Origin: a virus
Virus record (IMG/VR): IMGVR_UViG_3300001263_000001
Length of the DNA stretch: 39,054 nt
Direction: 5' to 3' (one strand)
Below, one piece after another: positions 1 through 7,001 of the stretch; within the stretch, counting starts at the first letter, position 1, and every line of letters starts with the position of its first letter. The translations under genes and the position numbers were made by a program. Under the pieces are notes generated by a model. That model saw only the letters and a program-made list of their open reading frames with translations, searched no databases and had not been told where the DNA came from.

Positions 1-47
1 GCCATAGCCATAGCCAGAGCCAGAGCCAGAGCCATCGCCAGAGCCAT
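1..47 (-). repeat. GCCATA/GCCAGA/GCCATC hexanucleotide tandem array. On the minus strand it encodes the (Ala-Met/Ala-Leu)n N-terminus of the RHH gene whose body lies at the window end (ATG at 47..45).
   Basis: Strict 6-nt periodicity over 1-47. Nt 1-37 are identical to nt 39018-39054. The reverse complement reads ATG GCT CTG GCG ATG GCT..., in frame with ORF 38867..39052 only if the 37-nt overlap is collapsed (47+151=198 nt). Confidence 0.8.
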
Positions 48-58
48 AGTTAAAAATT

Positions 59-448
59 TTATGCTTTATAGACATCCGCATCCTCAATAATTTTTATCGC
101 TCCTTTCGCACAAGGAATAATCTCTACTGGTTGTAGCCATATCGAATTCACTGGCTCGCATACCTTGCTATCGCTATGAGTGCCATGATTGGCAATTTCA
201 GAAAGAGAAATGCCATCATTTTTAGTTTTCCAATAATGCAAACGTCGTGCATTTTTAAGGATGATTTCGTCTCCTTCCTTTTCTGTTACTTCGCCAAAGT
301 GAACACCCGCTGAGTATGTGCGGATGATGCACTTTTTACCTATAAAATAATTATTTATTTTAGATGTGATTTGTGAGGTTTCCTCTTTATTGCCAGAGCT
401 TATGCCCGACAATGCAGATAAAAGTTTTATCATATCATCAATTTGCAT
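59..448 (-). CDS. conserved phage early protein of unknown function
   Basis: ORF track 59..493. Start moved to Met16 (MQIDDM) because AAAGGAAATGAT precedes that ATG. The motif IIRTYSAGVHFGEV...ARRLHYW...EIIPC resembles a widespread phage protein family of unknown function (recollection). Confidence 0.7.
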   Translation of the reverse strand: MQIDDMIKLLSALSGISSGNKEETSQITSKINNYFIGKKCIIRTYSAGVHFGEVTEKEGDEIILKNARRLHYWKTKNDGISLSEIANHGTHSDSKVCEPVNSIWLQPVEIIPCAKGAIKIIEDADVYKA

Positions 449-535
449 ATCATTTCCTTTTCTGTTTATGCCCTTAAATAAGTGACACATCAATTATTAA
501 AAGTCAAGTAATTTTATTAATTTTTAATAAAAAAA

Positions 536-563
536 TTTAAAGGCGTTTCGGGCAGAGTAACAA
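536..563 (-). promoter_or_regulatory. sigma70-like promoter for the 59..448 / RHH leftward transcript
   Basis: Read on the minus strand: TTGTTA (563..558), 16 nt, TTAAAT (541..536). It is built from two sequence modules (GCAGAGTAACAAAAA and AAATTTAAGGCGTTTCGGGCA) that recur in swapped order at 38794..38827. Confidence 0.45.
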
Positions 564-606
564 AAAATTAATCATTTAGTGTTTTGATGGTTGGGGCGAA
601 TCAGAT

Positions 607-942
607 ATGTTAATTATTAAATTAACAGCAAAGGCGAAAACAATGTGTGAATTTGGAAAATTTTTAAAAGAGCAAAGAGAATTAAAGGGACTATCAGCAC
701 GAGAATTTGCAAAGGTGGTAGGCGTATCTGCATCATATATTTGCCAGATAGAAGGTGGCAAGGCGACCAGCTTTCCTTCTGAAAAAGTTCTTGTAAAAAT
801 TAGTGATATTTTCCGAATGGATAAAGATATACTTTTGGCTATGACTGGGAAAGTTTCTAGTGATGTTCTTGATATTATTAAGAGTGACCCTGTAAGATTT
901 GCAGGCATGATCCGCAGCAAAGTCATGACAAAGGCAGGGTAA
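607..942 (+). CDS. XRE-family helix-turn-helix transcriptional regulator (Cro/CI-like, no peptidase domain)
   Basis: FGKFLKEQRELKGLSAREFAKVVGVSASYICQIEGGK is a canonical XRE HTH. An alternative start at 643 (MCEFGK) is preceded by AAAGGCGAAAACA. Confidence 0.8.
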   Translation: MLIIKLTAKAKTMCEFGKFLKEQRELKGLSAREFAKVVGVSASYICQIEGGKATSFPSEKVLVKISDIFRMDKDILLAMTGKVSSDVLDIIKSDPVRFAGMIRSKVMTKAG

Positions 943-946
943 ATTT

Positions 947-1762
947 ATGAGTTTTGAGTTGATGGCAAAAGCAATCAATGTGGATGGTCTTTCTACAACT
1001 GAGAAGTTTATTTTTCTCATGCTTTGCAATTATGCAGACGATGAGGGGCGTTGTTTTCCTAAAATAGATACTATTTCTAAAAAATGCGCCACAAGCCCTA
1101 GAACTGTAAATAGAGCTATAGCGTCTCTTATGGAAAGTGGGCATCTTGAAAAAGAAAATAGATTTAATAATGGGATGCAGACTTCAAATTTATATACAGT
1201 TAGGTTTCCAAAATCTGATCAAAAACACCAAGAAAACACGGTGCGACAAAATGACGTAGCGGTGCGACACAGTGTCAGGGTGGGGGTGACACAGTGTCAG
1301 GGTGGGGGTGACACAGTGGCGCACAAACCTATCAATGAACCTATCAATGAACCTATTAAAAAAAATAAAACAAAAAAAGGTTCTAAAAAAACAGTTTCTA
1401 ATTTTGAAATTCCTTTGGGGATAAATCCTTCTATCTGGGATGAGTTCGAGGAAATGAGAAATAAGAAAAAGAAAGAAATGACAGACAGCGTTAGAAACAG
1501 GATTGTTAATAAGCTGAAAAGTTTTAATGCTAACTCAGGTGACTGCCCAAATGCAGTTCTTGAAAGATCAATAATAAATTGCTGGACGGACGTTTACTCA
1601 CTTCAAGGCAATAATTACAAAAACAACAGAGGTACAAAAAATGGAAATAACAACACTCAAAGTAAAAAATCAGATTTGGAAAACTTTGTTGCAGGAATGC
1701 AATATAACAGAGCAGAAAGGCAGGCAGAGAATGGAGAGGATAAAATCGCAGATCCATTCTAA
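947..1762 (+). CDS. replication initiator (lambda O-like role) with an N-terminal winged-helix DNA-binding domain
   Basis: The N-terminus LSTTEKFIFLMLCNYADDEGRCFPKIDTISKKCATSPRTVNRAIASLMESGHLEKE matches the HTH_36/DnaD-like replication-protein pattern. The gene carries internal iterons plus an A-rich tract, and a lambda-P-like ORF follows it. Confidence 0.7.
   Translation: MSFELMAKAINVDGLSTTEKFIFLMLCNYADDEGRCFPKIDTISKKCATSPRTVNRAIASLMESGHLEKENRFNNGMQTSNLYTVRFPKSDQKHQENTVRQNDVAVRHSVRVGVTQCQGGGDTVAHKPINEPINEPIKKNKTKKGSKKTVSNFEIPLGINPSIWDEFEEMRNKKKKEMTDSVRNRIVNKLKSFNANSGDCPNAVLERSIINCWTDVYSLQGNNYKNNRGTKNGNNNTQSKKSDLENFVAGMQYNRAERQAENGEDKIADPF
1240..1380. repeat. origin-like iteron cluster inside the initiator gene
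   Basis: GGTGCGACA occurs at 1240 and 1261. A 22-bp unit GTG(C)GACACAGTGTCAGGGTGG occurs at 1262-1283 and 1284-1305, with a partial third copy at 1306-1320; each unit contains the palindrome GACACnGTGTC. CCTATCAATGAA occurs twice plus a partial copy (1328-1356). An A-rich tract spans 1357-1380. The cluster is locally GC-rich within an AT-rich genome. Confidence 0.6.
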
Positions 1763-2258
1763 GCCTATCTATTATTCATCTCAAAATAGTTTGATCGCTC
1801 TACGAGATGATATTGATGTGCAGCTTGCTACTGTACTCTTAGAAAGTTTAAGTGGTACTCAATTACCTGAATTAGAGCAAATTGACAAGATAATTTTCAA
1901 AATGCGCTTTGCAATGGCAAGTGAAAGACATTCTGAGCAAGAGTGGAAAATCATTAATAGTTTATACAGTGAAATTCTAAAAAATGTTGATATTCGTGAT
2001 TTGATGCAAGTCACAGAGGATAATCTTAATGGCAAGCACTCCGAGTTTATGCCTAAACCCACGCCACTTGCTAAAATGTGCCGTGCGGCTGAAAGAGATA
2101 GGATTGACGCAGTGTATAAACTTAAGGGATCCATAAAAAAATATAATGCTAATTTGGCACCACCGCCAAAGCCAAAAGTGAATCCGCAAAAAGCAGAGCA
2201 AGGGCGAAAGCTTTTAAAAAGTGTATTACAAGCATTTCCAAGCAGAAGGGGGAAATAA
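1731..2258 (+). CDS. lambda P-like replication protein (putative helicase loader)
   Basis: ORF track 1641..2258. The first ATG with an RBS (AAAGGCAGGCAGAGA) is at 1731, overlapping the end of the initiator gene. HSEFMPKPTPLAKMCRAAE resembles the lambda P segment NRPFLPSPGQFVAWCRE (recollection). Confidence 0.5.
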   Translation: MERIKSQIHSKPIYYSSQNSLIALRDDIDVQLATVLLESLSGTQLPELEQIDKIIFKMRFAMASERHSEQEWKIINSLYSEILKNVDIRDLMQVTEDNLNGKHSEFMPKPTPLAKMCRAAERDRIDAVYKLKGSIKKYNANLAPPPKPKVNPQKAEQGRKLLKSVLQAFPSRRGK

Positions 2259-2280
2259 GATGAATAAGATGAATAAGATG
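2254..2280 (+). repeat. AATAAGATG x3 tandem repeat at the start of a CDS (MNKMNKM)
   Basis: Three exact 9-nt units at 2254-2262, 2263-2271 and 2272-2280. Confidence 0.9.
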
Positions 2281-2607
2281 AAAAAGAAATTATTAGTTTT
2301 AATTCGCAAAGTCAGAATATTTTTTGGTGGCAAAAAATGGAAGGTTGGTGATTTTGTTAAAGGGAAAGAAGCCTTGGAAGCTTTGCAAGATGGTTGCATG
2401 ATAAGAAATTGTTATGCGCAAATATGTTTTTCTTATGAGAAAAATTTTGGTCAAACAAAGTCAGGTGACATTTATGAAGAATTTGATCTAGGGTGGTCAA
2501 GTAAATACAATAGAAAAGAAAAATATTTTCTTAATGACGAAGAAGGTTTTATTGTAAAAAAAAGTGTTTTTTGGATGCGATTACCAAAGAAGGGGGAAAT
2601 AAGATGA
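2260..2607 (+). CDS. hypothetical protein
   Basis: ORF track 2221..2607. The start is taken at ATG 2260, 1 nt after the upstream stop and behind GAAGGGGGAAATAAG. Confidence 0.6.
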   Translation: MNKMNKMKKKLLVLIRKVRIFFGGKKWKVGDFVKGKEALEALQDGCMIRNCYAQICFSYEKNFGQTKSGDIYEEFDLGWSSKYNRKEKYFLNDEEGFIVKKSVFWMRLPKKGEIR

Positions 2608-2617
2608 GAAACTTAAC

Positions 2618-2646
2618 TTGACTTTTACAAACGTACTTTGTAAAAT
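2618..2646 (+). promoter_or_regulatory. sigma70-like promoter with a palindromic operator in the spacer (twin of 38667..38695)
   Basis: TTGACT (2618-2623), 17 nt, TAAAAT (2641-2646). The spacer and -10 contain TTTTACAAA-CGTAC-TTTGTAAAA (2623-2645). Confidence 0.6.
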
Positions 2647-2671
2647 GGAATCACAACATAAGGGAATGAGT

Positions 2672-2962
2672 ATGAAGCAACACATTGTGGAAATTAAAAA
2701 AACATTAAATTTTGATGCCTTATATCTTACCAAGGTTTACGCTCAAAATAAGACAGAAGCAGAAAGTATTGCAGAAAAGCAATTTGAAAAGATTTTAGAA
2801 GACTGCGATATTGATAGTTCTCTTTTGACTGTCGAGTACGAAATTGAAACTTTGCATGAAAAGCACATGAACGATGATTCAAGATATGATCGTGTGGTGT
2901 GGGACGGAGGTCATAGATGCACTGAGACAAGGTCTGCTGAAGCCACGAAGCAAGGGAGTTAA
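2672..2962 (+). CDS. hypothetical protein
   Basis: ORF track 2618..2962, but the TTG at 2618 is the -35 box of the promoter. AAGGGA at 2660-2665 sits 6 nt before ATG 2672 (MKQHIVEIKK). ATG 2666 is an alternative. Confidence 0.6.
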   Translation: MKQHIVEIKKTLNFDALYLTKVYAQNKTEAESIAEKQFEKILEDCDIDSSLLTVEYEIETLHEKHMNDDSRYDRVVWDGGHRCTETRSAEATKQGS

Positions 2963-2963
2963 T

Positions 2964-3212
2964 ATGAAACGTTCAAGATATATTTGTTGGTATGCCAATA
3001 AAAATAAAGATTTTGGCATAAATATAAATGCAGACAGCCATGATGTGGCATCTGAAAAGTTTATGCAGCGTATGCAAGAAGAGGGACAGAACCCATGCGT
3101 GTCAGACGGACAAATCCGTACAGTTTGCGTGCAAGAATTTGGCGATAGTGAAGTCAAAAAGTTCAGAGTTGAAGCCAGTTTTGAAATTAATTTTGAGGCG
3201 TATGAGGTTTAG
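2964..3212 (+). CDS. hypothetical protein
   Basis: ORF track 2874..3212. ATG 2964 follows GGGAGTTAAT and lies 1 nt after the upstream stop. Confidence 0.65.
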   Translation: MKRSRYICWYANKNKDFGININADSHDVASEKFMQRMQEEGQNPCVSDGQIRTVCVQEFGDSEVKKFRVEASFEINFEAYEV

Positions 3213-3213
3213 C

Positions 3214-3519
3214 ATGACAAAAACGATTGAAGAGATGGTGAAAGAGCTTGATGGAGTGTTTGGTGTGTTTAAGCGCATGTTTAAGCGTCACAATGAAAAA
3301 CGACGTGATATTTTTGGGGACAAAGCAACATGCATGAGAAAAGCCCATAGTGGAATTGAAATTTTTATTTTTTCAAACCAAAGCAATTCTTGCGGTATTT
3401 CTTTTTATAAACACATGGACACGGATAATCAAAAAAGATTTTTTTCCTATGGTGAAAACATTGAAGAGGCTGTTAAGGTTGCCCACGATCATTTCATAGT
3501 CCAAGGCAACGAGCTATGA
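3214..3519 (+). CDS. hypothetical protein
   Basis: ORF track 3028..3519. ATG 3214 follows GAGGTTTAGC, 1 nt after the upstream stop. Confidence 0.65.
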   Translation: MTKTIEEMVKELDGVFGVFKRMFKRHNEKRRDIFGDKATCMRKAHSGIEIFIFSNQSNSCGISFYKHMDTDNQKRFFSYGENIEEAVKVAHDHFIVQGNEL

Positions 3520-3836
3520 ATGAGCTGCAAAAAACGCAATTTCGCATTGCTGAGAATGTACGGCAGCAGCGTACACTCAAAGGCTGGTCACAAAAAGAAC
3601 TTGCGAAAAGAATTGGCGTAAGTCAGGCACATGTATCAGATATCGAAAATATGCGCAGTGAGAGCCTTTCTCTCGACACGCTACATTCGCTAGCAAAAGT
3701 GTTTAACTTGCAGTTCTCGTGCATATTTAGCGCATCTGATGCGATGTTATACAGGGAAAATAAAAACTTGCATGAATGGAGCGATTTTTTACGTGAGCAA
3801 CTGGGTATAAGATTGAAAAAAAGAGAAGTGAAATGA
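3516..3836 (+). CDS. XRE-family helix-turn-helix regulator
   Basis: IAENVRQQRTLKGWSQKELAKRIGVSQAHVSDIENMR is an XRE HTH. ATGA overlap with the upstream stop. Confidence 0.8.
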   Translation: MNELQKTQFRIAENVRQQRTLKGWSQKELAKRIGVSQAHVSDIENMRSESLSLDTLHSLAKVFNLQFSCIFSASDAMLYRENKNLHEWSDFLREQLGIRLKKREVK

Positions 3837-4054
3837 ATGACACCCAAAAAGCTAATCGAGAAATAGGATTGCGACTGAAAAGAGAGCGCAAAAAAAAGGG
3901 CTTAACTTGTCAAAATGTCGCTGATACGTTGGGAACCACGCAGCAGACCGCAAACAATTATGAGCGAGCATCTGTATCGATTCCTGCATCATATGTAGAG
4001 CGTTTTTGCCGTGCTTACAAAATCACAATTGATAAAATTATGGGAGCGAAATAA
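3833..4054 (+). CDS. XRE-family helix-turn-helix regulator
   Basis: IGLRLKRERKKKGLTCQNVADTLGTTQQTANNYERA is an XRE HTH. ATGA overlap with the upstream gene. Confidence 0.8.
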   Translation: MNDTQKANREIGLRLKRERKKKGLTCQNVADTLGTTQQTANNYERASVSIPASYVERFCRAYKITIDKIMGAK

Positions 4055-4245
4055 TGGAAAAATGGGAAGTGGAAATTACTTTTAAAAATGGAAAGAAGCG
4101 CATTGTTTATGAAAGCGATTTCGATGATGCAAATAATTGGTATCAAGTGTATAGATGTCGGTCTTATGTGACTGATTATTGTTTCTTTGGTCTTGTCCCG
4201 ATTAATCGTTGGTATGACACAGCAACCTTACGCAAGGTGACATAA
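4054..4245 (+). CDS. hypothetical protein
   Basis: TAATG start/stop overlap with the upstream gene; sits in the co-oriented gene chain. Confidence 0.6.
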   Translation: MEKWEVEITFKNGKKRIVYESDFDDANNWYQVYRCRSYVTDYCFFGLVPINRWYDTATLRKVT

Positions 4246-4433
4246 TGTGTTATTATAACGAATATATCAACATCAATGAGAATTTTCTAAGAAAAATAAA
4301 GCAAGAAAAAGAAGATTGGGATGCTTTATATCACAAACACAAGTTAGAAGAATTTAAGAGACAATCTATTGGTTTATCTGGTCTTATTTATACCATTTCT
4401 AAAGTTTTATTTTTAATTAAAGCGCAGGGATAA
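4245..4433 (+). CDS. hypothetical protein
   Basis: TAATG overlap with the upstream gene. Confidence 0.55.
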   Translation: MCYYNEYININENFLRKIKQEKEDWDALYHKHKLEEFKRQSIGLSGLIYTISKVLFLIKAQG

Positions 4434-4436
4434 AAA

Positions 4437-4640
4437 ATGAATGAAACAATATTTAAACCATTATCGGCAGAAGAAATAATTAGATCCCATAGAAAAAAAA
4501 GAGAGTGCGACTATGTTGGGCAAACGGTAAGAATTAAAAGAAATTTTACACGTAAAGCATTGCAGCAAAAACGAATCAAAACTATGAAAATCAAAAAAGA
4601 ACAGCGCAATCTTAATAAATCCATAGGCGGTAAATGTTAA
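4437..4640 (+). CDS. hypothetical basic protein
   Basis: ATG preceded by GCAGGGATAAAAA. Lys/Arg-rich. Confidence 0.55.
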   Translation: MNETIFKPLSAEEIIRSHRKKRECDYVGQTVRIKRNFTRKALQQKRIKTMKIKKEQRNLNKSIGGKC

Positions 4641-4754
4641 GTTTTATTCTTATTTATGCGCCAATTTTAACTATTACAGCAATGTATATTCTGTTTTTAC
4701 GACTTTTATATATTGCTTTATTTAAAAAATTTTAAACAGTCATAAGGAGTTAAT

Positions 4755-4988
4755 ATGACAGAAGAACAAATAGAAGCCCTCACAGGCGTGATGAAGCTTT
4801 CTTTAAAAATGGGAAAAATTGAACAAGGTCCAGATGAAGAAATGATCTTAAATTCATTAAATGAAGTGGCACGTTGTGCGTCTATTTTAGAAGATGCTTT
4901 AGACCAAAAAGAAAATAATAGATTAATGATGATGTTAGGAGCACTGTATTTTGTGCATTATCAAATGAAAAAAGAAAAAAATGATTAA
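4755..4988 (+). CDS. hypothetical protein
   Basis: Strong RBS TAAGGAGTTAAT before the ATG. Preceded by a 114-nt intergenic gap. Confidence 0.65.
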   Translation: MTEEQIEALTGVMKLSLKMGKIEQGPDEEMILNSLNEVARCASILEDALDQKENNRLMMMLGALYFVHYQMKKEKND

Positions 4989-4995
4989 TTAATAT

Positions 4996-5397
4996 ATGGC
5001 AGGCACGTACAATAACCAAATTATACATGCCTGCCCTAAATGCATGACACAGCGTTGCGATAAAATAAATCACACGCTCGTACAATTTGATAGCAAGGGC
5101 GAATTTGAGCGATTTAAACGCCTCTCAAAGAGCAAACAAATATCAAAGCTGGTTCTTAAGCCAGTTTTTTCTTTATATGCGTATGAGCCTTATTTGTTTC
5201 GTGGTGGTCGAAAGTTTATAGGCAAGATGACACCCGATTACACGTATTACGATAAATCTATAAAAAAAAACGTTATTGAGGACTACAAGGGAGGCGCAAA
5301 ACCTACGCCTGAATTTGTGATAAGATGGAAAATATTACAAGCGAATCAGCCTAATATGGAATTTCGCATTACAAACGAAAAAGATGATTTTTTATGA
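4996..5397 (+). CDS. DUF1064-like protein (putative PD-(D/E)XK-type endonuclease)
   Basis: VQFDSKGEFERFKRLSKSKQISKLVLKPVFSL ... MTPDYTYYDK ... VIEDYKGG follows the DUF1064 pattern (FDSK.E......L......I..L..QP.F.L ... DF.Y ... ED.KG), from memory. Confidence 0.55.
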   Translation: MAGTYNNQIIHACPKCMTQRCDKINHTLVQFDSKGEFERFKRLSKSKQISKLVLKPVFSLYAYEPYLFRGGRKFIGKMTPDYTYYDKSIKKNVIEDYKGGAKPTPEFVIRWKILQANQPNMEFRITNEKDDFL

Positions 5398-5406
5398 AAG
5401 ATTTAA

Positions 5407-5742
5407 ATGAATACTGAAATAACCGCACTGCTAATTTTAATAATATTTTGCTTCATATGCCTCGCCGTATATGTTCATTACGCCATAAAACATATGAAAA
5501 ATGAAAACGATATTTACATGATGAATTTTGCTGCCGAGATTGATAGATCCTTTGATGAAGTCAGTAAAAGTCAAAAGAAATATATGGGGCAAATGACCCA
5601 AGATGCTATAAAATCAATGGAAAAAGACATAAGAAGTAGAGCAACGCAACCACTCAAGGGCGCAACAATAACTTTGCAAAACAATCGAAATCAAACAGAA
5701 AGCTTCACAATCACAAAAGCAGGATATACAGACAATGGATGA
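5407..5742 (+). CDS. membrane protein (single N-terminal TM)
   Basis: ITALLILIIFCFICLAVYVHYAI is a hydrophobic helix near the N-terminus. Confidence 0.6.
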   Translation: MNTEITALLILIIFCFICLAVYVHYAIKHMKNENDIYMMNFAAEIDRSFDEVSKSQKKYMGQMTQDAIKSMEKDIRSRATQPLKGATITLQNNRNQTESFTITKAGYTDNG

Positions 5743-5911
5743 AAAGACAAAAGTTGAAAGAAACCGTATTACAAGCAACCCCAGAACAGCCCAAAAGAGA
5801 GCCATCTCTAAGGTGAAAAGAGCAAAACTTTCACCAAAAGAGTTCGGTGAAATTATATGCACCCAACAGCATGAATACAAAAAAAAATATAAAAAAAAGA
5901 ATCGAAAGTGA
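5735..5911 (+). CDS. small basic protein (58 aa), not in the ORF track
   Basis: ATGGATGA overlap with the stop of 5407..5742. Translates MDEKTKVERNRITSNPRTAQKRAISKVKRAKLSPKEFGEIICTQQHEYKKKYKKKNRK. It is the last ORF before the terminator. Confidence 0.45.
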   Translation: MDEKTKVERNRITSNPRTAQKRAISKVKRAKLSPKEFGEIICTQQHEYKKKYKKKNRK

Positions 5912-5957
5912 AAAACCATGCTATGATAAATTGTTCATACGATCAGACCTCAACTTG

Positions 5958-5982
5958 ACCTGCTTTACGGCAGGTTTTTTTG
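5958..5982 (+). terminator. rho-independent terminator of the early-right operon
   Basis: ACCTGC-tttacg-GCAGGT followed by TTTTTTT. Confidence 0.7.
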
Positions 5983-5987
5983 TGCGT

Positions 5988-6013
5988 AAAAAAAAGGGGC
6001 TAAATTGCCCCTT
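5988..6013 (-). terminator. rho-independent terminator of the antisense cassette
   Basis: AAGGGGC-taaatt-GCCCCTT. On the minus strand the hairpin is followed by T8. It overlaps the stop codon of 6000..6413. Confidence 0.6.
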
Positions 6014-6413
6014 TCTCCTTTGCGTATTTCTCAATAATGTTTGCGTAAGTCTTGCTGGGCTTTGCTTTTCCATCCATCCAATAGGATATAGCTGCGTGGC
6101 TTATCTCCGTATCCTTTGCTATGCGGTAATTTGAAAAGCCTATGGCGTTCAATTTTTTTATCCATGCAATTGTGTTGAGTTTTGCTATGCCAAAATCAAC
6201 ATAAATATCCTCACAATCAATTCCTACTACAATGCTAGAAAAAACATCCTTGCCATCTGGCATAAGCTCTAGGATTGGTTGCGGCTTTGCATTGCGAAGG
6301 CTAATGTTTGCTGCTATAGATACAATCTGATCATCTTTGTACTTATTAAGTAATTTTTTAATATCCGCAACTGTGTACGAAACTTTCTCATTAATCTTTT
6401 TACCGCTTATCAT
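6000..6413 (-). CDS. DNA-binding protein with a C-terminal helix-turn-helix
   Basis: The C-terminus AIGFSNYRIAKDTEISHAAISYWMDGKAKPS is HTH-like. RBS AAAAAAGGAATTTAAATT before the ATG. Confidence 0.6.
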   Translation of the reverse strand: MISGKKINEKVSYTVADIKKLLNKYKDDQIVSIAANISLRNAKPQPILELMPDGKDVFSSIVVGIDCEDIYVDFGIAKLNTIAWIKKLNAIGFSNYRIAKDTEISHAAISYWMDGKAKPSKTYANIIEKYAKEKGAI

Positions 6414-6488
6414 AATTTAAATTCCTTTTTTGTGCTGTGTTTGGCATAATCGGCTTTATGTGTTCAATTGTAGTAACTTCTCCCATAT

Positions 6489-6698
6489 TCAGCCTTTTGT
6501 AATGATTTTTGTGACATTAGACATTATTGCTTGCAACGCCTTTGTATCTGTAATCTTATTGGTTTCTGCTACGCTTTTCATGTAAGAATGACACATAGCA
6601 GCAATGGCATACAGAGCGTCTTCACCCTGTATAGGGTTTGATCCTTGCACAAGTTCAAAATTCATGCCGCTCATTACAATTTTCATTTCTTTTTTCAT
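6489..6698 (-). CDS. hypothetical protein
   Basis: ATGA-type overlap with the upstream 6695..6964 gene. Confidence 0.55.
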   Translation of the reverse strand: MKKEMKIVMSGMNFELVQGSNPIQGEDALYAIAAMCHSYMKSVAETNKITDTKALQAIMSNVTKIITKG

Positions 6699-6964
6699 TT
6701 TGCCCCCAACAATTTTGTTATTTTAGCAACCAGACCTTCAACTTGCTCTTCTAACTCTTCTGCATTGCCCGTAATATTAACAGTGATGTTAAAGGTGATG
6801 TTAAAGGTGATGTTTGTAAGTGTGCCAGTATTGACTTGGTTGTTTTTGCTTTCGGCTCCACCTCCAGTGCTGTTTATAACAACAGAACCGCCTTTTGGTG
6901 GAACTATTATTTCTTCACCATATCCGTGAGGGCTCATTTCACGAAAATTTATCATATCGTGCAT
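6695..6964 (-). CDS. hypothetical protein with an NITF/NITV tetrapeptide tandem repeat
   Basis: TNITFNITFNITVNITGN is encoded by the 12-nt repeat GTGATGTTAAAG (6783-6818). It has the same leader/RBS as 6000..6413. Confidence 0.6.
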   Translation of the reverse strand: MHDMINFREMSPHGYGEEIIVPPKGGSVVINSTGGGAESKNNQVNTGTLTNITFNITFNITVNITGNAEELEEQVEGLVAKITKLLGAK

Positions 6965-7001
6965 TTTAAATTCCTTTTTTGTGTTGTTCGTAAGATCACC
7001 A

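Noticed and set aside
576-1144. Minus-strand ORFs 576..926, 733..1029 and 923..1144 from the ORF track.
   Set aside because: They lie antisense to the well-supported XRE and initiator genes, have no RBS and encode low-complexity products. They are treated as shadow ORFs.
2618-2671. The TTG start at 2618 (and ATG 2645) for the 2618..2962 ORF.
   Set aside because: The TTG is the -35 hexamer of a near-consensus promoter whose -10 ends at 2646. A transcript starting near 2653 cannot encode those codons, and the RBS fits ATG 2672.
4678-4717. The imperfect inverted repeat AGCAATGTATA...TATATATTGCT after gene 4437..4640, considered as a terminator or operator.
   Set aside because: It has an AT-only stem with an 18-nt loop and one mismatch. 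In DNA this AT-rich, such pairings are expected by chance.
6400-6486. A 28-codon minus-strand ORF (MGEVTTIEHIKPIMPNTAQKRNLNYDKR) between 6489..6698 and 6000..6413. Also a TM-like peptide frame at about 33219-33300 that ends in an overlap with the 33218 start.
   Set aside because: The first overlaps the conserved leader/RBS of the next gene. The second has no identifiable start codon. Evidence is too weak to report either as a feature.
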